A stretch of DNA of 64,000 nucleotides from Diplonema japonicum (GCA_964019335.1 OZ025739.1:186001-250000); one strand, 5' to 3'. Positions 34,360-46,568 are shown, numbered from the stretch's first letter. The notes: generated by a model from the letters alone, not told the origin. Numbers and translations: made by a program.

Positions 34360-36483
34360 ATGGGCGGATGCACGTCATTAGAAGAGAATGAGCAGGTTCT
34401 CCTGAAGGACAACTCTGGTACCAAGTCAGTAATCAACGGGCCTGGCGGCAGGGTGTGCACTGGGTGCCAAACTGTTATTGAGAAGAGGGGTGCCGTGGTG
34501 CTCACGGAGCTTATGTACGCGCGGATAGGCGACAACTTAGCAGGAACACGTCGGCACGTTAACGGCCCTGCGGTGCTGTGGCTAAAACCACACGAAACGC
34601 TCCTTGAAAAGGAGACCGCTGTAGTGTTGTCAGTGAACCAACACTGCACCGTGAAGAACGAGGAGACCGGTGCTCTAGAATCCTTCTTCGGCCCAGTACG
34701 GGTGGTTATGAAGTCCGCACACGACGGGATCCAAGGCGGCATCAAGGAATGCACAGTCATCAAGCACGGCGAGTTCTGCAAGGTCAAGAACGAAGAAGAC
34801 GGTGTGCACACCATAGTATGCGGCCCGAAGGTTCTGAGGCTAGGCCCCAAGGAGCTCATTGTGGGTGGCGTCTCCAAACTGTCCATCCTGAAGCACGGCG
34901 AGTACTGCAAGATTAAAGACATCAAAACAGGTAATATCAGAATCGTGACCGGCCCTGGTCTCGTCGAGATGAAACCCAACGACAAGGTTCTCGTGGAAAA
35001 GGCGAAGTTCCCCATCTTGCAGAGGGGTGAATACTGCAAAATCATCAACGAGATGGGGGGAAAGATCCGTGTCGTGCACGGACCCGCCTTCGTGGACCTC
35101 GGCCCCACTGAGGAAATCCAGGGATCCGTCATGAAATGCCCCGATTTGTCTGCGCAGGAGTTCCTGGTGGTGAGGAACGAATCTGAGGGAACGGAGAGGA
35201 ACGTGGTGGGGCCGACATTGTTCATGCCGTCGGCGTTCGATATTTTCGACAAGGTTCGCAAGGTGATCGTTCTGTGCCACCATGAGTACGTGAAGCTATG
35301 CGACTGCAACGGTTCCCTCCGGATCGAGAAGGGCCCGAAGAGGGTCATCCCGGATCCCTTAGACGAGGTCCTCGAGGGTGGGAAACAACGCGCGGTCATC
35401 ATCGACAAGCACAACGCCGTCCTGGTAAGGGACACATCCACCGCAGAACTGTCATTAGTATCCGAACACGGGTTGTTCTGGCCGAAGCCGTACGAGCAGA
35501 TCATCGAGGTGAGGAAGAAGATCATCCTGGAACAGTACGAAACGGTGGTGTGCAAGGACAACACGGGAAGGTTCTACTACGCATCAGGGGACATGACCCT
35601 TCCAGAAGAATTGAGAGGGCCTGGTCCGGACTTCTTCCTCCCACCACACCACGAGCTCGTGACAGCATCGTGGAGCACAGATCTCCACATGAACCATGAC
35701 ACCTTTGAAGAGATCGAGCGGTTCGACTCCCGACCGAGAAACATGAATTATGAGTTTGAATGCCGTACGCTTGATAATGTGTCGCTTCTCGTAGATGTTA
35801 CGTTCTTCTGGAAGATCCTTGATGTGAAGGCGATGATCGAGTGCACGAAGGACGCTCCTGGCGATACCTGCACGCACGCGAGGTCGATGATCATGGCGGA
35901 GATTTCGAGGATTAAACTGATGGATTTTTTGGGCTGTTTCAACGAGATTATCCGCAACGCCTGTCTGAAAGACAATTTCTACAACGAACGAGGGATAGAT
36001 TTACTGTCTGTTGAGGTCCTGCGATTTTCCTGCACCTCGTCAGAGACCGATAAGGTTCTTCAAGAGATTATCAAGGAAACATGCGACAGATTGAAATTCA
36101 AGGAAAGACAGAAGGGCGAGAACGAAGTTGCTCTGGAACGACTTGAAGGTGAGATCGCGGAGGAGACAGTGAAGCGGGATCTTATTGAAGTTAAGAAGAG
36201 CCACATGAAGATCGAAGCGAAGATTGAAGGCGAGGCCGAGGGTATCGAGATTGCGGAGTTTTTGAACCGAGTTGCCTCTACTGAGTTTAATGGTAGTTCC
36301 ATCGGGATGAAGCACGCGCTGAGCATATTTGAAAACATCAAGAAAATGGATTTCCAACTCGAATCCATTAACGCCCTCACGAACGGCACCGCTAACCTCA
36401 CTGTCATGCCTTCCAAGGCCAATCTTAATGTTGGAAACCCTCTTCCCTACCCTGTTGATAAGACTTCTGTTTACTCTGATTAA
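34360..36483 (+). CDS. Major vault protein-like repeat protein with an SPFH/band-7 (shoulder) domain
   Basis: About nine repeats of the type ILxxGEYCKIKDxxTGxIRIVxGPxxxxLxPxE, then FECRTLDNVSLLVDVTFFW and a coiled coil; N-terminal MGGC. Confidence 0.8.
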   Translation: MGGCTSLEENEQVLLKDNSGTKSVINGPGGRVCTGCQTVIEKRGAVVLTELMYARIGDNLAGTRRHVNGPAVLWLKPHETLLEKETAVVLSVNQHCTVKNEETGALESFFGPVRVVMKSAHDGIQGGIKECTVIKHGEFCKVKNEEDGVHTIVCGPKVLRLGPKELIVGGVSKLSILKHGEYCKIKDIKTGNIRIVTGPGLVEMKPNDKVLVEKAKFPILQRGEYCKIINEMGGKIRVVHGPAFVDLGPTEEIQGSVMKCPDLSAQEFLVVRNESEGTERNVVGPTLFMPSAFDIFDKVRKVIVLCHHEYVKLCDCNGSLRIEKGPKRVIPDPLDEVLEGGKQRAVIIDKHNAVLVRDTSTAELSLVSEHGLFWPKPYEQIIEVRKKIILEQYETVVCKDNTGRFYYASGDMTLPEELRGPGPDFFLPPHHELVTASWSTDLHMNHDTFEEIERFDSRPRNMNYEFECRTLDNVSLLVDVTFFWKILDVKAMIECTKDAPGDTCTHARSMIMAEISRIKLMDFLGCFNEIIRNACLKDNFYNERGIDLLSVEVLRFSCTSSETDKVLQEIIKETCDRLKFKERQKGENEVALERLEGEIAEETVKRDLIEVKKSHMKIEAKIEGEAEGIEIAEFLNRVASTEFNGSSIGMKHALSIFENIKKMDFQLESINALTNGTANLTVMPSKANLNVGNPLPYPVDKTSVYSD

Positions 36484-36969
36484 AAAGAAAAAAAAAATTT
36501 TTTTTAAAAAACCCCCCTTTTTTTTGTTTTTGCTTCCTTCCGCTCTTATGTTTTGTCTTGTTTTTTTTTTTTTTTTTTTTAACCCAAAATTTTCTTCTCC
36601 CATATTATTTCTTCCATTGCATTTTTTTTTCTTTTCCTTCCATTCCCCCCTTCCATTTTTTTTTTTTTTTTTTTCCTCATTTCAAAATAGGGTGATCGTT
36701 CACCTGAGGAAAAAAAAAAAAGAGAGAAAAAAAAAGTCTCTTTTTTTAAAAGATATTACTTAATTCGCATCTACCCTCTCACTTCTCTCTCCTCATTGTG
36801 ATACGAGAGGGCTCAAACCAGTTGTACGTCTTCTTCTTCTTTTTCTTATTCTTTTATTTTTTTTTCCCCTTTATTTATTTTCTTTTATTTTCTTTTTTTT
36901 TTTCATCTGCTTTCCCCCTCGAATATCAAAAACCCACAAGTCTTTTCAATAATTTAAAAAAAAAAAAAT

Positions 36970-39034
36970 ATGTTAACATGTGACATCTTCAAACGGGACG
37001 AGCTCCCCCCCAAGTACCACCCAGTAACCGAAGAGCAAATCACAATTATAGAAGCAAGTTGTGCAGGTGGGAAGACACGAGTTGAAGGAGGGTTGGGGTG
37101 GAAAAAAATGAATGCTGAAAGGTGCTTAATCGATGCATGTCAAAGCAGCACTCTCGCAAGTTCCCTGCACAAAGCCCACAACATCCTGACCCACTATTCC
37201 ACCTGGCTAGGCCACGAAACCGTAAATACACTCAAATCCACCATCCCGGTTCTCATCACCGCGAGGGAAAACGCAGAAACAGAACTGCAGGCTTTGATTT
37301 CCTCCAGCGACGCCTGCACCTTGGGAGAACTAATGAAAAAAATCGGCCTGCAAAACCACCCGTTTGTGAAGAAAGTATGCACGCTGACTTACCGAGAACG
37401 GCTTCAAGACCAGATACGCAGTGCAGAGGGACAGGTTACCGACCCGCATCTTGACTATATCCTTTCTAGCACAGAGGCTGTGTACACAGCTCTTATACAC
37501 CCCCTCATGTGTAGTGATAAGGTGAAGTGGCTTGCTGAGGCAACGGATTATATTTACGAGGAGTTTGGGAAGATGAGGTGTGATGAGTTTTTCGACATTC
37601 TCGTGGAGTACCCCGATTCCATGCCCGCGCTGGTCGATCTCAGATCGTGTTTTGTTGCGAAGCCCTCTCTTTACGCCTATCTTGTAACCTCCGCCAAGGA
37701 TGTCGTCAAAAAACGTCTTCTTCACGCAGGCGCCAAAACAGATGATATCGTACAGTTGTACATCGATGCCATGAAGGCCGTCGACATGCTGTTCCCAGGT
37801 CAGCACAAGGCTATCGATGCTGTAACCGGTCCGATCCAGTCGTATCTTAGAAATAGACGTGAAGCGGCTACGTTGTTCGTCTTTGGTTTGATAGACGACC
37901 ACACCTCGCAGCTGTCGGAGATATTACAACCGGAACTGCACGCAAAGCGATCGGAGCTGTGCGATGTTGAGGAAGAAGAAGTTGTCGATGACGACAGAGG
38001 CCAGCAACGACACATAAGAAGACTCGACGTCTTGAAAAGACTCGTCAACACATTCGGCGGACGGGATTTTGTCGTCTCCCTGTACCGTAGTGTCCTCGCC
38101 GACAAGCTCATGGCACGAGAAGATTTCAACGCGGAAGCAGAGATCACTGCGCTAGAGCTTCTCAAGGTACGCTTTGGCGACACGCCACTGCAAAACTGCG
38201 AAGTGATGGTACGAGACGTTGCCGAGAGCAAGCGGTTCTGCCAGATGGTTCACAAGAAAGGAGAGTTCGCAGAGATACCCGAGTACAGGAACATCCAATG
38301 CGAGGCGAAGATGGCAACCGCGTTGATCCAGTCGAAACTGTACTGGCCGAAGCTTCCTGTTGTACAAGAGTTTACACCGCACCCGTTGATCGCAACCCTG
38401 CAGGACGCTCTTGCTGCAGACTATGGAAAACGGAAAGAACCGCGGAAAATCAGGTACCAACCTGGTGTGGGGAGTGTTTCGCTCACCGTGTCGCTTTACT
38501 CAGACAGCAGCATGACGGAGAAGGTGAGCTTGGCTGTCCATGCGCCGATCCCGCAGGTTTCGATATTGTTACATTTGGGAGAGGCGCAGCCTCAGGGGTT
38601 GGGATTGGACGAACTTGCAGAACTGTGCACAGTGGCACCTTCTGTAGTTGCATCAAAGATCAGTTATTGGGTGAACCAGTCGCTGGTCGTGTTGGAAAAT
38701 GGTGTGTACACCTGTGCGGTGACGAAGACAAAAGGTTCAGGCATTGTCGAAGGGGTATGCTGCACGTGTCACACACACCTCATTACAGGACGCCAACGGT
38801 GCGGACGAGATCATGGCCGCCGAGGACGAAGAGGCCAACGAGACCATCGCGGAGTTCGTGGACGGCATCCTCCGTACCTTCGGCCCGCAGGACGTTCCCT
38901 TCATAGAAAACAAACTGCAAGCCTTCATGGACGAATACACGAAGTGCAGAGAAGGCCTAGTTGCCTTACTGAGCGGCATGGTGACCACCGACCAGCTACA
39001 CCTCTCAGGGGACAAGTACTCGGTCAAAGATTAG
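36970..39034 (+). CDS. ANAPC2: Anaphase-promoting complex subunit 2 (cullin-like); intron 38755-38788
   Basis: FFDILVEYPDSMPALVDL, RLLHAGAKTDDI, PIQSYLRNR, ELLKVRFG..LQNCEVMVRDV, SKLYWP. Splicing the 34-nt intron adds the C-terminal winged-helix-like segment ending at 39034. The start codon is uncertain. Confidence 0.9.
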
Positions 39035-39177
39035 ATACCCATCCCTCTTACCCCATTGTTAGACATGTTATTATTATTATTCCTTTTTTTTTTTTCTTTT
39101 TTAAATCCCGTTTACTTTTCTCGAAGGGTCAGGGGATACAAAGAAGAAAAAAAAAAAAAAAAAAAAGAATCGCCAAT

Positions 39178-40251
39178 ATGAGCATAGACCTTAGTGGGAT
39201 GTTGTCGAAGGTGCAGTCGAAGGCAAACGATTTGAAGAACAAGGCGATGGGGCTGACACCTTTGGAGGTGAAGGTCTACGAATCGACGAACGACGAGACG
39301 TGGGGACCCCACGGCACGCTGATGCAAGAGATCGCAGATGCCACCTTTTACCACGCCGACAGAAGGGTGGTGATGCCCATATTACTTAGAAAGCTGGAAT
39401 GCGTAGGGAAACAGTGGCGGCAGTGCTACAAGGCCATGCTTGTGCTTGAATTCCTCGCCACAAGAGGCCCCTCGCAAGTGGAAGACGAGATCCGCGAGAA
39501 CTTGTACGTCATCAAGGACATCTCGCGAAACTTCAAGTACCACGATGAGAAGCGAGTCGACCAGGGGCTTAACGTGAGGGAGCGCGCGAAGAAGCTCCAC
39601 GACCTGCTCTCGAACTACGATATCCTCGAAGCGGAAAGGGAGAAGGCGCAGCAGACACGTGACAAGATGAACAACAAGCACGAGATCCGCGACCGCGACG
39701 ACTTCCGGGAACGAGAGCGAGACACCAGCAGGAACGAGAGGAGGGAAGAGGAAAGAAGACGGAAGGAGCAGCAAAGACAGGAAGACATCAGCAGGATGGA
39801 AAAATCCTCGCAGAACTGGAAGGAACAGCAAACGAAGGCAACCAGCATCACGCCTATCGCAGGCCCCGCGGGTATGGGCAAACCTCGCCAGCCCGTCCAG
39901 GGCATGCCCAAAACCAGCGTCCCCGCGGCATCGAAGGACGAGGGGTTCACGAACTTCAGCTCTGCACCGAAGCCCGCTGCTGTTGAAGAGTTCAACCCCC
40001 GTGGGGTTACCACTACCACTACCACAGCGGCGGTACCTGCCGCGTCTGAAGATCTATTCGGCGATTTCAGTCAGCCGCCGCCGCAGCAGCAGCAGCAGCA
40101 GCAATTCGACCCCTTCAGCGCAGCGCCTGCTCAACAGCAGCAGCAGCAGCCACCCCAACAGCAGCAGTTTGACATGTTCCAGACGGCGCCAGCGCAGCAA
40201 CAACAGCAACCACAACAGCAATTTGACCCATTCGGCTCTGCAGCACCCGTT

Positions 40252-40282
<31 letters not shown>

Positions 40283-40842
40283 CCCAACAGCACTTTGAAA
40301 TGTTCCAATCTGCACCTGCTCAGCAGCAGTCTGCCCAGCCTCAGCAGCAGCAATTTAACGCGTTCCAGTCTGCCCAGCCCCAGCAGCAGCAGCAACAACC
40401 TCAGCAGCAACAGCCCTTCAACCCGTTTGGTGATATGCAGAGCTCGCAAGCGCCAGCCTCGACCCCTGCCCCCGCGCCTGCTGCGGGTGGCATGGATGAC
40501 CTGTTCGGTGCCCCGGTATGTTTGCCTCCTCATGTTCAAGACCACCGCCAGGCCGCATCTGCGACTGCTACTCCTACTCCCTCTGCTTCGAAGAAAAGTG
40601 CTGAGCAGAACTTCCTTGGCGACCTTGCAGGAGCGCTTGGTGGCATGGACGTGGGGAGTTCAACACGTGCGTCCAGCCCGAAGACGCAAAACACGCACGG
40701 GGGGAAGACACTGGCACAGCTGGGTATGGGATCAAGATACAAAACACAATAACCTCCACACCACAGCTACCGGGCCCTCACAGCAGCAACCAGTGGCGGG
40801 GAATAACATGTACCAGCAGCCCAATCCAAACATGATGCAGCA

Positions 40843-40873
<31 letters not shown>

Positions 40874-41011
40874 AACAACATGAACATGGGAATGCAGCAG
40901 CAATACAACCAAGGTGGTCAAATGTACAACCAGCAAGGCGCGTTCCAGCAGCAGCAGCAACAGTTCCAGCAACAGAACCAAAACATGAACGGGAACAACC
41001 CATTCTTCTAG
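39178..41011 (+). CDS. Epsin/epsinR-like ENTH-domain clathrin adaptor; introns 40724-40766 and probably 40516-40551
   Basis: VYESTNDETWGPHGTLMQEIA, WRQCYKAMLVLEFL, DQGLNVRERAK; DPF/DLF/NPF motifs and poly-Q; ends NNPFF after splicing. Confidence 0.92.
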
Positions 41012-41024
41012 GGGGGATTATCCC

Positions 41025-41055
<31 letters not shown>

Positions 41056-41653
41056 CTTTGTTTTTTGTTTTTGTTCTGTCAGTTAGTAGATACACCTCCT
41101 GCCCAGTACACGTGTTATTTTTTTTCCCCCCCTCGTGTTTTTTTCTTTTTTTTTCCTCCGTTGCCTTTGTGTCCATGTTTTAATGTTCCCTCCGGTTATA
41201 AGATAGTTGGGGAGATTTCCTTTTTTTTTTCTTATTCTTCCTTCTTCTTTTCTTCTCATTATTTTGAGGAAACCAATACAGAAAGAAAAAAAGAGAGAGA
41301 GAGAAGGAGGAGGAAAGGGAGAAAGAAAGAGAAAGAAAATGAGAAAAAAAAATAGAACTGCTTTGTGAGTAACACCACGATACCTTCTCCCTTCCTCCTC
41401 CCCCCCCCCTTTTTTTTGCCCTACCTTTAAGGGTTTCTCCCCCCCCTTTTTTTTACTCTTTTTGTCTTCTTTTTTTTTGAAAGTGTGTCTTATGTCTACC
41501 ACCCCACCCTCTTTTTTTTCCCCCAAACCCCAACGCCCATGTTTCTTTTTTTTTATTTTGATATTGTTAGTCAGAAAATGTTAAAAGGAAATAAAAATCG
41601 CAGGCACATAGTAAGGGGGAGGGAGAGGGGGGGGGACATCCCAATAATAATAA

Positions 41654-43392
41654 CCCCTAAACGCCCGGAGCCTATCTACGGTACCCCCCCATTTTCGTTG
41701 TTGCTTTGAATACTCAAAAAAAGGGCAGCATGCAACCATAGGAAGGTGCAAGGAAAGGGTAAACGGTACTAAAATTTTCAATTCCAGGTGCCAGATTCAG
41801 ATGAGAACACTTAACTTTGTGTGTAAGAGGGGGGTTGAGGGGGTACTTTTTATGTCCGATTTTGGGGGGTCTTGTCGTGGGGGGTTCGTGGAGTTATGGC
41901 TGGGCTAAAAAGGGCAGCATTCAGCCCTATTTGGTGCCCTGAACTCTAGGATTGAGGTCAGTCTGGAGACTTTTTGGGGCTGTGGGATGAAAAAAGCAAC
42001 TTGTAAGTTTTTTTTTCAGCTGGGGTAGCATGCAAGGGTAAAAAACACGTTTTGCATAAGGGGGTTTTGCAACAGGGGCACGACGTTTGCACCTTCTTCC
42101 CGCACCCAGGAACAGCACAGAGCACCCTCCTCACCTTCGTTCCGTTCATCATGGTCTCGGAGGTGTGATTTAAGACGTTTTGGGTATTTCTGAGTGAGGG
42201 AATCCTCCTTGCTAGCGTGTTTGCGCTTGGGGTCGGTGACGGTGTTGTCGGGGTGTGTGTGTTATCGGTTTTTGGGGCATGGGTGAGAAGCTTTCCAACA
42301 AGTTCTTCTTTGAAGCTCGGGAAGCCATAATTTTTGCCACATTCCCTGCTCTTCTTCCAGATTATGGAGGAGTTGGCAACACAGCTTTCCAGGACCCAAT
42401 AAAAAACGACCATGGTCCACTTCCGGGTTTTCAATATGCCGAACTCCAGTCCCCTGGAGCTGGTCTTGCCGGTCAGGGGTCGACAGCAAACCCTTAGGAG
42501 TCGACAGTACGCATGACTAGGTCCTGTGTTGTGGACTTCTTGCTGAAAATGTTGAAATTCGCCAGGTAACCGCTTTATGAGTCGCATGTAGCGATTACCT
42601 TGATGCCCACCGAGTTGTTTTTTCGTGGTGCCATGACTTGTCAACAGACAACCACTTGCCAGGGGTCCGCACAGCCTACACCGGTTGACAATGATGTCAA
42701 GAAACCTGCGCATGAGGTGCAGTTTCAGGCTTTACTGATGTTTTCCAGGTTGTCAAAGATGAGGTAGCGAATCGGTTTGCTCGTTTTCTCAAAAGCCGGG
42801 ATGGTTAAAATAGAATTTGTTGTCCAGTAGCTCTTCATGTTCGGTGCCGAGTGTATACCCATTAACAGGACCAACTCAAGCCAAATTTTGTACTCTGGGA
42901 TGGAAAGATTCAGATTCCGCTGTTTTTTTGAATCGAAACGACCGTTCGGGGAAGAAACTATGAGCTCAAGTACTGCGTGTGTAAAAAAAAGATTAAAAGC
43001 ACCCTCCTCATTGGCCTCTTCACCTAGAGGTGTCCTATGCCCACCTTTTCACGGAAATGATATGTTTCGGGCCTTTGGGAGTATTTCTCCCACCCAAGCA
43101 TCGTTTCAGGCCCCTCTTTGACCGCCTCATCGTCTTTTTCTTCTTTATCTGACCAGTCGGGGGAGACTCACGTTTTCGCTGCTATTTTGACCATCTGATT
43201 TCATTTTAAGCCAACCCTGCCGGTTTCAATTAAAACAAAACTTTTTAACGCAAAATGTAGTTCCAAGACAAAATAAACCGCGCAACAATGCCATATTTTG
43301 AAGTCCAGGGGCCGTGTTCAAAAAAAAAAGTACTTAGCGAAAAAAGCAAATTTTGAAATAAGGACAAAAACGTCCGCGCGGGCGTTTAGGGG
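41654..43392 (-). mobile_element. Degenerate piggyBac-family transposon with an ATAA target duplication
   Basis: 14-bp TIRs CCCCTAAACGCCCG (41654-41667) and CGGGCGTTTAGGGG (43379-43392), with ATAA on both flanks. Minus-strand fragments LLMGI...YWTT and TRKWTMVVFYWVLESCVANS, plus the Cys-rich tail CPCCKTPLCKTCF. Confidence 0.88.
41958..42713 (-). pseudogene. piggyBac transposase C-terminal fragment with cysteine-rich domain
   Basis: KW..VF.W......NS.I motif, and CAVPGC...CPCCKTPLCKTCFLPLH. Confidence 0.8.
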
Positions 43393-43412
43393 ATAATAAT
43401 AGTAAAAATAAA

Positions 43413-44114
43413 ATGTTTTCAGGTCTAGTAACGCACTGGAGTGAAAGTGGGTGGGGGTTCATCACGTGCTCAGAGATCTCAGGTGGGGACGTCTTCGTCC
43501 ACGCGTCACAAGTATCGAACGGACAGCATCTCCTAGAGGGCAAGACGGTACAGTTCGACTTGGACGACATCCGCGACCCAAAAAATAAAAAAAAGGCCAC
43601 CTTCGTCAAAGGCGACGGCGTTGACCTGAGGTACAACAGTAGAGCTCCATTGGTGACCCCCTTCAACCGACCTGCCATGAATAAAACAGGTGGAATGAGT
43701 GCAGGGAAATCAAACCCTCCTAACCTTGCAAAACCTATAATGAGGGACCGAGACAGAGACAATCGTGATCGGGACAGAGACAGAGACAGAGACAGGGACA
43801 GAAACGACTCACGAGATTTCCGTGACCGTGATTTCCGGGACCGAGACCGCGATAGAGACAGAGATCGGGACAGGGACAGAGACAGGGACAGGGAATTTTA
43901 CCGTGACACAAGAGGAGAACGGAATGACATGACGAGAGACAGAGGGGATCCCCGTAATGATTTTGGCCGTCATCGAGACCGCGATTTTAGGAGCGAGCCC
44001 ATGAAGGACAGGGGCGACCGCGGTCCTGATAGAAGGCCCCCCATCCAACAGGTCAAGCGGGAGTACAGCACCGACAACAACAACAGCTTGCCGTTCATTA
44101 AAAGGGAACGGTAG
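43413..44114 (+). CDS. Cold-shock-domain RNA-binding protein with an RD-dipeptide tail
   Basis: GLVTHW...GWGFI...DVFVHASQV...LLEGKTVQFD, followed by (RD)n repeats. Confidence 0.88.
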   Translation: MFSGLVTHWSESGWGFITCSEISGGDVFVHASQVSNGQHLLEGKTVQFDLDDIRDPKNKKKATFVKGDGVDLRYNSRAPLVTPFNRPAMNKTGGMSAGKSNPPNLAKPIMRDRDRDNRDRDRDRDRDRDRNDSRDFRDRDFRDRDRDRDRDRDRDRDRDREFYRDTRGERNDMTRDRGDPRNDFGRHRDRDFRSEPMKDRGDRGPDRRPPIQQVKREYSTDNNNSLPFIKRER

Positions 44115-44419
44115 GGGTGGGGGAGAGGATTCTTTCGGGAATTTTTAATCGGGGCTTTTTTTTTATGATTATTTTGCGCACAATTTTTTTTCAATAAAAT
44201 CCAAATAATCTGAGGAAGATTTTTTTTCAGAAAATCCGAGAAACATCCGATACTCCAAAAGGGTGTGCTGTATGCCTTGGGGAGGGGGGGGGGGGGGGAG
44301 AGAGAGTGTAACTTTCTTTTTGAGAATTTTATTATTATTATTATTGCATTGCATGGAGGGGAAAAAAAAAAAAAAAAAAAAAAGAAGAGGGTGTTACACG
44401 ACAAGAGAGATATAACAAA

Positions 44420-44679
44420 ATGAGCCGACTGGCGCAAAGCACGACACTGCCGTTGACAAAAGTCTATAGAGTATGACGAGAAAATTTAAAAAGAAAAAAA
44501 AAAAAAAAAAAAAAACCCAGCCCGATGCACGCGATCCCAAGAGATGCGTCCAACTGGGGGTGAAAAACGGAATGGGTTTGCTGCCTGTACTGAGGTCCGG
44601 CTTCAAGGTGGGGACCTGCGCCGGGGCTGGTTACACAAAACAATGGAGTGGAGAGTCGAGGTGGGGCAGAACGTTATAA
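44420..44679 (+). CDS. Small basic protein (69 aa); exons 44420-44470 and 44521-44679
   Basis: AAAATG start and a 50-nt GTATG...poly(A)...CCCAG intron of the local type. The exons join in frame: MSRLAQSTTLPLTKVYR|PDARDPKRCVQLG...RWGRTL*. Confidence 0.7.
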
Positions 44680-44739
44680 AAAAAAAATTTTTTTTTCTTT
44701 TTTTTTTTCATTCACATCTGTGTAAACAACAAACTTTCC

Positions 44740-44771
<32 letters not shown>

Positions 44772-44775
<4 letters not shown>

Positions 44776-46174
44776 AAGATGATTCATCAGACCCCTTCTC
44801 TGTGGATTTCTGCACGAAGAATCCTTTATTGAAAGTTGTGCCCACTACCATATCAACGATAAACCTCGACCGGGTCATATCATACCTTTTAGAACAAGTG
44901 GTGGCGCAGCAAGAGTCAGCGAAGCTCAGCCAAGCGAGACAAGACCAACAACAAAAGGAGATACAGGCAATCCACCTCATTATAAACGACATTAAGCTAA
45001 GCATTCAAAACATCAACATTCGGACGGAGACGCAGGACAAGGAGATCAACCAATCGAAAATTGTTCAAAACAACTTTTCTGACCAATTGACCAAAGCTAC
45101 CAACTCTATCGACTCAGTCACAACAGCAGTCGAGGGATTGCGAGCAACTACCGAAGAACAAGAGAACATCGCAAAATCCTACCGCGAGAATATCGACCAG
45201 CTCCGCGACCAACTCTACATTGTGATAACCGACCAGCAAGAAATCTCATCGACAATAAAAGAAATGGAAACAACGACACAAACCACACCAGTGGTACAGG
45301 ACGACCTCCACAAGACCATTGACGCCCTCAGATCAACAATATCTGAAAACAACGAGGAAACCGATGTCAGAATACAAAAAATCGAATCTAAAGCAACACA
45401 TGACAAAGGTGAGCTCATTGGTAAAATAGAAACTGACGCAATGGAACTCGAGAAGCTCGGAAAGCTTCTTCTCAAGGAAGCCTCTGCAAGAAAACATCTC
45501 GAAGAAAAAATAGACGAAATTCACAGTGCAAACTTCGCATCGTCGTTGGAAAACCTTGCTATGGGACTTCTTGACTTGGGTAACTGTTCGAGGGAGCACC
45601 AACTCGAAACAAAAACGGGAATTGATCTCCTCGGTGAGAGGGTCAGCGAGGATTCCAAAAAACTTGCGTCGATCACAAAACAATTGCAGTTGAAAGGCGG
45701 TTTTCTTGATGAGTCCGACGAGACCTCAGGCAGCATTCTTAGCTTGCTGGGCGACAAAATCTCCGACATTCTATCAGTCCTCATACTATTTGAGAATAAG
45801 GTTCAAAAAAATGAAGAAGACCTAGCCAGGCTTGAGGATCATCTGATAGAAACGTTGAAACACACTTGGACGGGGAGGAAGCGGCCGTCTACTGGAAAAA
45901 AAAAAAGTCGGTCGAAAACCCCTCCCAGCGTGCCGGTTGTGGTCCCCGTGCCCCCTGAGGACGTCCTTGTTAGATCCTCCAAGATTTTCAATTGCATCTC
46001 CTGCCACGGTTCGCGGCGTACTTCTGTTGAAAAAGTTGCGTCGAAGTCGAAACCTGTTTTGGAGCCTTCGATGCCAAGTTCTGTCATCAAGTCCCAGATT
46101 CCACCAATGGCGCCTGTCACCCCGGTACCCCCGTCACCTCTTCCCGTTATGGTCGCGTCGACACCAATAAAAAC

Positions 46175-46181
<7 letters not shown>
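44772..46181 (+). CDS. Coiled-coil protein with a Pro-rich tail
   Basis: 469-aa ORF after an A-run; heptad-rich; CISC motif near the C-terminus. Confidence 0.75.
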
Positions 46182-46214
<33 letters not shown>

Positions 46215-46284
46215 CTTTCCAGCTTTTTTTTTTTTTTTTTTGGTGAGTTTTTTGGTGGGGATAACATGGAAATATAAGAAAAAG

Positions 46285-46568
46285 ATCAGATGTGTTGTTC
46301 GCTGTTGACCTCCTCGTCGGTCATCACCGGTAGCGCCCGAGTGGAAGAACATAATGCAGATGCTCAGGGTGACGAACAGGCAGCAAACTGCACGAGCGCA
46401 GAATCTTGGTTACCCGGGACGCACCGGCTGGGGTTGAGCTGTACACCGCACGCATTAAGGACACGACGCGGAACGCAGAAGAAGCTACAACTCGGCCGCG
46501 GTGCGCCCCCTGTAATCAAGTAGACAGTTCTTGTGCAGGGCGCCGCCAACACCGGCCTCCTTTAACTC
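46285..46568 (+). mobile_element. 3' fragment of a retroposon (longer copy of the 62-bp insert)
   Basis: GC-rich island whose last 62 nt equal 30026-30087. An open frame ends at TAG 46521-46523, then 45 nt of UTR, then (AT)n/T. The left boundary is approximate. Confidence 0.7.

Noticed and set aside
36970-40752. Apparent 1260-aa APC2-epsin fusion ORF
   Set aside because: A 34-nt intron (38755-38788) shifts APC2 into its proper C-terminus ending at 39034. The linker translates poly-T/poly-A intergenic DNA, and epsin has its own ATG at 39178.
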